Shown in pieces: positions 58,381-64,000 of a stretch of DNA of 64,000 bases. Source of the stretch: Clostridia bacterium (lineage in GTDB: Bacteria; Bacillota; Clostridia; Christensenellales; CAG-314). The notes below the pieces were generated by a model. It ran no database searches, had not been told where the DNA came from, and worked only from the letters and a program-made list of their open reading frames with translations. Positions within the stretch are counted from its first letter, which is position 1, and each line of letters opens with the position of its first letter. The position numbers and the translations under genes were made by a program. Where the stretch lies: NCBI GenBank assembly GCA_028703495.1, contig JAQVMT010000002.1, forward strand, positions 3,832-67,831. Reading direction: 5' to 3'.

Positions 58381-59349
58381 ATGATAAGGTATATAACAGC
58401 GTTTCTATCGGGTTTAGGTTTGGCATATATATTATGCCAATTACTGCTACCGCTTTTACGAAAGCTTAAAGCAGGACAAGAGATACTTTCGTATGTTGAA
58501 TTACATTCGGGAAAAAGAGGCACTCCGACAATGGGCGGGATTGCCTTTATTTCTGCGTTGATTATTTTATTCCTTGTATTTTTGTGGAAGCAATCCTTTT
58601 TGTGCTTTGTGACCGTAATTATTACGCTTGCATATGCAATAACGGGGTTTATCGATGATCTTATAAAGCTGAAGTTTAAGCGCAACGCAGGTCTTTATGC
58701 GTGGCAAAAGGCGTTGATGCAGTTGGCGATTGCGATAATCGCAGCGGTTTTCGTATACACTTCTGACTACACGATAAAAGAGTTATATATTCCGTTTACC
58801 GACTTCGGATTCGATGTCGGATGGGGGTTGATTCCGATAGTTGTGATTGTTTTTTTGTCGAGTACGAACGGAGTAAATCTTACCGATGGATTGGACGGGC
58901 TTGCGGGAAGCACTACATTGATCTTTTTGGGAGGGTTTTCCCTACTCTTATATTTACAGTCGACAAGTAACGAGTTGATGTCGCTTTCTTTGCTTTGCTT
59001 AATTCTGTGCGGAGCTTTAGCTGCGTTTTTGGTTTTCAACTGTTATCCGGCGAAGGTTTTTATGGGTGATACGGGTTCTATGGCGCTTGGGGGCTTTGTA
59101 GGATGTGTTGCGGTGTTTTCGGGCAACAGTCTTTTGTTGCCAATAATGGGAATTATGTATGTAGTAAGCTGTGTATCTGTTATAGTGCAGGTTTTTTGGT
59201 TCAAAGTCAAGAAAAGGCGTGTTTTTTTGATGTCGCCCTTTCATCATCATCTTCAAATGAAAGGTATGTCCGAAACGCGTATAGCCGTTGTTTATTCTGT
59301 TATAACGCTGGTTGCATGTCTGACGATGATTACTTTTTGGGTAATATAG
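58381..59349 (+). CDS. mraY: Phospho-N-acetylmuramoyl-pentapeptide transferase
   Basis: GTPTMGG, NGVNLTDGLDGLA, GDTGSMALGG and PFHHH. Confidence 0.95.
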   Translation: MIRYITAFLSGLGLAYILCQLLLPLLRKLKAGQEILSYVELHSGKRGTPTMGGIAFISALIILFLVFLWKQSFLCFVTVIITLAYAITGFIDDLIKLKFKRNAGLYAWQKALMQLAIAIIAAVFVYTSDYTIKELYIPFTDFGFDVGWGLIPIVVIVFLSSTNGVNLTDGLDGLAGSTTLIFLGGFSLLLYLQSTSNELMSLSLLCLILCGALAAFLVFNCYPAKVFMGDTGSMALGGFVGCVAVFSGNSLLLPIMGIMYVVSCVSVIVQVFWFKVKKRRVFLMSPFHHHLQMKGMSETRIAVVYSVITLVACLTMITFWVI

Positions 59350-59496
59350 AATAAGAGCTGCTCGGTAACTTATCGTTGTTTAAAAGTATCGGAGGCGTGT
59401 TAACGCGTTGAGTTCAATCAAGACATATGAAGACCACTAAATATCAAGAAATGCAATTGAGGTTTTAATTAGGACAGGTGAATATTCGGAGGTTGT

Positions 59497-61008
59497 ATGA
59501 AGAAGGCTGTTGTAATAGGCTATGGCATAAGTGGACGAAGCGCGGCTATATTATTGAAAAAGCAAGGCTATGAGGTTTACATATACGACGACTTGACCGT
59601 TATTCAAAAAGATAACGGGGAGAGAGAAACACAAAGCAACTCCATGCCGATCGAGCAATCTGCCGATAATCCGATATCTGTGGATCTACCCTCTGTTTTC
59701 GACAGCCTGAACGACTGTAGTAAGGCATATGTCACAGACGATAAAGGTAGATTGTCCCCGATAGGCGACTACAAATTTGATCTAGCTATTGTAAGTCCGG
59801 GAATGAGTCCGTCTCACTCGATTTTCAAGTGCTTTATTGCCAAAGAAACGGTAGGCGAACTTGAATACGCGATGAGATACACATCGGGACGTAAGGTTTT
59901 GGTTACGGGCAGTAACGGAAAAACCACAGCCGTGACGCTTATCGGAGATATTTTGAAGATAAACGGAATGTGCAGCTATGTGGTCGGTAATATTGGGATT
60001 CCTGTAAGCGATATCGCAGGGTCAACGTATCCGGACGAGATAATCGTTGTTGAGATAAGCAGTTTTCAAGCAGAAAACAGTTCAATCGACTGCGACATTT
60101 CGGTATTACTAAATATCTCGCCCGACCACACTGACAGGCACGGAAGTATGGAAAAATATGTCGATGCGAAATTGTGCATTATGAGACACTGTAAGTGTGC
60201 TATATTGGGCTGTAATTTTATTAACGACGATATAAAAACCGAAATAACGCGAATCAATCCCGACACCCGCATAATCCAAATTGAAAGCAATTCAGTAAAG
60301 AGCGATAAAACTTATGTCGCTTCGAGTAGTATTAAAAACCAAGCTTTGGGTTATTCTTTGCCTTCACTTAACGCATATAGCGCTTGTTTAAAAGCAGAAA
60401 GCTCCTATATTCCAAGCAGCGATACTATGCAAATTGTATATGACTGCGGCGTATTAGAATATACAGAGTACGAAACTGCGGCGTGCGCAGTGGAGGTCTG
60501 CAAGCTTCTGGGAGTGCCATTAAGTACAATTACACAGGGGTTAGCGGCGTTTCGTGGACTTGCGCACAGACGGCAAAAAGTCGCGCAATACGAGAGTATA
60601 AGCTTTATCAACGATTCGAAAGCGACAAACACCGACAGCACGTTCAAGCTTATTGAGCAATATTCATCCCCGTACTGTCTCATTATGGGTGGTTACGAAA
60701 GTGGCTTCTGTTATAATGATATCATTCGCAAGCTTAAGGAGGTCGGAAGCTGCGCCGTATTCTTCGGAGAGAATGCCGAAAATTTAGCTAACTGTGCAAA
60801 AAGGTTACATTATTCGGATTATGTAACAGTAAAAACGATGGAGGAGTGCGTAAAACAGGCTTTTAAATACGCAAAAAAGCTTAATGGAAACGTGTTGTTT
60901 TCACCCGGCGCTAAGAGCTTCGATATGTTTAAAAACTATAAAGAAAGAGGGGAATGCTATATCATGGCGGTAAATAGCTTTATTGAGTGTAGTGATCAGA
61001 AAGGATAA
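59497..61008 (+). CDS. murD: UDP-N-acetylmuramoylalanine--D-glutamate ligase, with insertions relative to typical ~450-aa MurD
   Basis: VIGYGISGRS, VTGSNGKTT, RRQKV-type HRRQ and NDSKATN. Confidence 0.85.
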   Translation: MKKAVVIGYGISGRSAAILLKKQGYEVYIYDDLTVIQKDNGERETQSNSMPIEQSADNPISVDLPSVFDSLNDCSKAYVTDDKGRLSPIGDYKFDLAIVSPGMSPSHSIFKCFIAKETVGELEYAMRYTSGRKVLVTGSNGKTTAVTLIGDILKINGMCSYVVGNIGIPVSDIAGSTYPDEIIVVEISSFQAENSSIDCDISVLLNISPDHTDRHGSMEKYVDAKLCIMRHCKCAILGCNFINDDIKTEITRINPDTRIIQIESNSVKSDKTYVASSSIKNQALGYSLPSLNAYSACLKAESSYIPSSDTMQIVYDCGVLEYTEYETAACAVEVCKLLGVPLSTITQGLAAFRGLAHRRQKVAQYESISFINDSKATNTDSTFKLIEQYSSPYCLIMGGYESGFCYNDIIRKLKEVGSCAVFFGENAENLANCAKRLHYSDYVTVKTMEECVKQAFKYAKKLNGNVLFSPGAKSFDMFKNYKERGECYIMAVNSFIECSDQKG

Positions 61009-61093
61009 CTCAAGAGTCTAAGCTTAAAGTCACGCAAAAAATGTGTGCAATGGTAATTGTGCATACATAGCAAAGCAACGGAGATTGGGCAGA

Positions 61094-62191
61094 ATGGAAA
61101 GGAAGCGAGTCGGAGCAGATTTGGTATTGTTCGCCGATATGATTGCTTTAGTTGTAACAGGTTTGGTATTCGTTTACAGTGCTAGCTATTACGGAGCGGA
61201 GCAGGCATACGGCAACAAGTATTATTTTCTAATCAAACAGGGCGCGGGCGTACTGTTCGGCATTATCGGTTGCACGATTATGAGTTTAATTAACCTTAAG
61301 TTCGTCAAAAGAGCAGCATTACCGCTTACCATAGTGTCACTGTTGCTTTTGGGAGTTGTTTTTATCCCCGGCGTAGGCGTGGAAAATTATGGAGCAAAGC
61401 GGTGGATCGGGTTCGGCGGTTTCACCTTCCAACCAAGCGAGCTTGCCAAGTTCGCGCTTGTAATCTTTGCTGCTTGGCATTTTTCAAAAGAAAAGGTGGA
61501 TTCCTCTCGACTGAAAGGAATGTTGCCCGTTGTTCTTGTCGGCTTGGGTATGTGTGTTTTGATAATAATGGAGCCGAATATGTCGATAACGGTGTGCACC
61601 GCGCTTATTCTGTTCGTTATGCTGTACATAGGAGGGATGAAAAAGAGATTAATCTTTATAGGTGTAGGAGCCGCATTGGTGGCGATACCGCTCTTGATTA
61701 TCGCGGAACCCTATAGATTGTTAAGGCTTTTCGCATTTCTGGATCCTTGGGCTTCTCCCAAGGAGGAAGGGTATCAGCTAATTCAGTCGCTTTATGCCCT
61801 GGGTTCGGGAGGCTGGTTCGGTGTAGGGCTGTTTAACAGCCGTCAAAAATACTTGTTTTTACCGTTTGCAGAAAGTGATTTTGTGTTTTCGATCATTGGA
61901 GAGGAGATAGGATTCATCGGTGCAGTATGCGTCCTGTCGCTTTTTGCCGTGTTTGCATATCGAGGTATCCGAGTTGCAGTAAACTCAAAAAATAAATTCA
62001 ACGCTTATTTAAGTGGCGGCATTACAGCAGTAGTACTTATACAAGCTTTGGTTAATGTCGCCGTCGTAACCGGTTCTATTCCGCCAACGGGCTTGCCTCT
62101 GCCCTTTATTAGTTACGGCGGCAGTAGCATCGCAGTATTTATGAGTGCTACCGGCTTGCTCTTAAATTTGTCCAAACAGGTTGAGTTTTAA
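61094..62191 (+). CDS. ftsW: SEDS-family peptidoglycan glycosyltransferase (FtsW/SpoVE), in the position of spoVE in the B. subtilis murE-mraY-murD-spoVE order
   Basis: QPSELAKF, LPFAESDFVFSIIGEE and PLPFISYGGSS. Confidence 0.9.
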   Translation: MERKRVGADLVLFADMIALVVTGLVFVYSASYYGAEQAYGNKYYFLIKQGAGVLFGIIGCTIMSLINLKFVKRAALPLTIVSLLLLGVVFIPGVGVENYGAKRWIGFGGFTFQPSELAKFALVIFAAWHFSKEKVDSSRLKGMLPVVLVGLGMCVLIIMEPNMSITVCTALILFVMLYIGGMKKRLIFIGVGAALVAIPLLIIAEPYRLLRLFAFLDPWASPKEEGYQLIQSLYALGSGGWFGVGLFNSRQKYLFLPFAESDFVFSIIGEEIGFIGAVCVLSLFAVFAYRGIRVAVNSKNKFNAYLSGGITAVVLIQALVNVAVVTGSIPPTGLPLPFISYGGSSIAVFMSATGLLLNLSKQVEF

Positions 62192-62663
62192 TTTAACAGG
62201 TAAAACTGCAAAAGGTCTATGCATGCTGCATTTAATACGCGTAAATACCGACTCTCTCATATATTTACATGATGTCATCCGCTAAATTGTGTTCTAATAT
62301 TGACTTCTCCCTTGTTATTGTGATACTATAATAAAAGTGTTTTGATGTAGATCTGCCACTATAATTCGTGGCGATCTAATATGTAATGTCTATAAAGCCG
62401 AGAATTAGTGCAAATTGCAGCTATCACCCATAGTTGAGGATATAGATAAATGTGTAATGTGAAGGGTGCAAATTGCTAAAGCAACGGCATTATAGTATGC
62501 GGGGCGGAGAGTATCGGAGTTCTATGATCGTATCAAGGAATAATTTATGATCAAATTTCGCACTCCCGTAGCTTCCCTTCGAGAGTTTTTCTATCAAGCT
62601 CAGAAAAAACTAGGGAGATTATCTATGGCGCGGAAATTAGGTGGTTATCAACTAAGGAATCGG

Positions 62664-62942
62664 TAGAAAAGAATTACTAAAAAACTTGAAAAAGTTTAAA
62701 AATTAATGTCCCAAAAAGCCAAAAACTCGAGTCTAATATATAGACAAAAGTAATAGTGGAAAAGATTATCAAAAAAACTTGAAAAAATTTGAAAATCAAT
62801 GTCCCAAAATGCGAAAAACTTGAGTCTAATATATAGACAAAAGTAATTGCAGAAAAGAATTACTAAAAAAACTTGAAAAAGTTTGAAAATCAATGTCCCA
62901 AAATGCGAAAAACTTGAGTCTATAATATAGGAAGTATTCACT
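62664..62942. repeat. 93-bp tandem repeat, 3 copies, ending ~45 nt upstream of the next ORF
   Basis: Units start at 62664, 62757 and 62850: AGAAAAGAATTACTAAAAAACTTGAAAAAGTTTGAAAATCAATGTCCCAAAATGCGAAAAACTTGAGTCTAATATATAGACAAAAGTAAT. About 85-90% identity between units. Confidence 0.9.
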
Positions 62943-62988
62943 GAATGGATAGTTTTGAGATTATTCAAAGAAATAGGAGAGAAGAAAG

Positions 62989-63636
62989 ATGAGAGAACCA
63001 AGGAAGTTTAAATCGTATGAAAGTCAGAAAAAACATATTTTGGAACGCAATCGTTATTTTTATGACAGCGTTCTGTCGACATATTACGGTGGGCAAAGCA
63101 AGCGGCGAATCAAGCTGATGTACGCCGTTGTGATGTCGTTTTTGGTTTGCGCGATAGTATCGACCTCTATCTTTGTGTTGACATTTCAAAGCACGGGTAA
63201 CACAACACATACAGAACAGTATGCAGTCGAAGAAGGAACGCGATTATCCACGCAAGAATTATTCATGTCGAGCAACGCTTATGAGCAATTTAATTTAACA
63301 GCGTATGAGATTACGCATGTAGTTTGCGGATTCGATTGCAAGACAATGGATGAGCTATGGTACAGTGTTGTACTATATAATACTGACACTTACGAATTTA
63401 TCGAGCTAAAAATTCCCACGAATAAAAATTATCGCTTACAAATGCCTGTAATTGAAGATACGGAAAGATACAGTATAGGGGATGTAGTTGTGGACTATGC
63501 GGTTGACGGTAGCGGCGAAACCATAGCAGCCAGAGTCAAGTTGAATGAGCTAGAGGCGAGCATTACATATACAGTATGCGATTCAAACGCCGAAGGAAAG
63601 TTTATTCAATTCGTAGGCAGTATATTTCGGGCATAG
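62989..63636 (+). CDS. Hypothetical bitopic membrane protein
   Basis: RBS TAGGAGAG. Basic cytoplasmic N-terminus, one TM (LMYAVVMSFLVCAIVSTSIFVLTF), and a ~140-aa external domain with no recognised motif. Confidence 0.6.
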   Translation: MREPRKFKSYESQKKHILERNRYFYDSVLSTYYGGQSKRRIKLMYAVVMSFLVCAIVSTSIFVLTFQSTGNTTHTEQYAVEEGTRLSTQELFMSSNAYEQFNLTAYEITHVVCGFDCKTMDELWYSVVLYNTDTYEFIELKIPTNKNYRLQMPVIEDTERYSIGDVVVDYAVDGSGETIAARVKLNELEASITYTVCDSNAEGKFIQFVGSIFRA

Positions 63637-63748
63637 CTGCTTATCGGAGAGGCGTTCCGTCAATGCGAAAGCTCACATTATACGACCAAACGAAAGGTAT
63701 TAAGAGCGCCGTCCATATAAGTTACAATTAATCACAAAGGAGAGAAAG

Positions 63749-64000
63749 ATGAATTGAGTACATAAATCAATAATTGTTATAGTGATCATAATAAGTACAT
63801 TTATGCTACTATGCGGTTGCAGTACAAATGGCAAGTTTTTAGATGATAAGAACAATATTTTTACGTTTGTCTATAACGACAATGCTGATGGGTACATATG
63901 CCGAATAATAAAAACAGCAAAACTCGATGATAGCTTGGTATTTCCTACTTCTTTAAAAGAAAAGGTTGTTTATGCAATAGGCAATAACGGATGTGATTTG
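63749..64000 (+). CDS. Start of a putative LRR lipoprotein (3' end outside the window); in-frame TGA at codon 3 if the RBS-proximal ATG is used
   Basis: AAAGGAGAG RBS, then ATG AAT TGA GTA CAT AAA..., continuing in the same frame as VHKSIIVIVIIISTFMLLCGCSTNG... (lipobox-like LLCGC) and ...LVFPTSLKEKVVYAIGNNGCDL (BspA-type LRR start). An alternative start is GTG 63782. Confidence 0.5.

Noticed and set aside
62664-62942. Possible CRISPR array (also considered for the repeats at 9467-9670).
   Set aside because: The units are contiguous 93-bp (or 77-bp) imperfect tandem copies with no unique spacers between them. There are no cas genes in the window, and the repeat length lies outside the CRISPR range.
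63755-63757. Genome-wide TGA reassignment (code 4 or 25), or selenocysteine at the in-frame TGA.
   Set aside because: TGA terminates several confidently called genes in the window at the expected protein ends. I see no SECIS-like hairpin immediately downstream, and the position (codon 3 of a signal peptide) is implausible for Sec.

Overview
This 64-kb chromosomal window comes from a low-GC, spore-forming Firmicute that looks Clostridia-like. yqfC, yqfD and a spoVE-type SEDS gene are present, and the standard genetic code applies, with TGA used as a stop. From about 10.5 kb onward nearly all genes are on the + strand.

Gene content, left to right:
- The 3' part of a giant S8-peptidase/LRR surface protein, followed directly after its terminator by a decayed group II intron-like RNA.
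- A CPA2-type antiporter, a 7-gene tRNA operon, holA and a monocistronic tRNA-Gln.
- A small double zinc-ribbon ORF, then polA-coaE.
- A ~14-kb nucleoside, deoxynucleoside and pseudouridine salvage supercluster: deoC-deoD-deoB-cdd, a BMP-type ABC importer, pdp, tdk, udk and psuK-psuG.
- ecfA1-ecfA2-ecfT-truA, hpf, and hsp20 behind a consensus promoter with a CIRCE-like operator.
- tsaC/sua5, rpiB, a GH13 glucosidase, an ANL ligase, a PRTase, a MATE pump, a nitroreductase, cca and pdxK.
- A divergent pair of a PlsC-type acyltransferase and an OlsB-type N-acyltransferase.
- A MarR-like regulator next to ~1.2 kb of AT-rich, poorly coding DNA.
- yqfC-yqfD-phoH, an alpha/beta hydrolase, dinB, and murE-mraY-murD-spoVE/ftsW.
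- An unknown membrane protein and the start of another LRR lipoprotein.

I saw no CRISPR array, no intact IS or prophage, and no recognisable defence island.

The most unusual sequence-level signals:
1. Recurrent imperfect tandem duplications with periods of 38-93 bp in intergenic DNA. At least four of them repeat the last codons plus the stop codon of the upstream gene (polA, rpiB, the ANL ligase, phoH).
2. Two families of short dispersed repeats, one of them sitting inside the loop of the hpf terminator.
3. The intron remnant placed directly after a terminator.
4. The lipid-type acyltransferase pair.

All functional calls come from motif recognition by eye; no searches were run.
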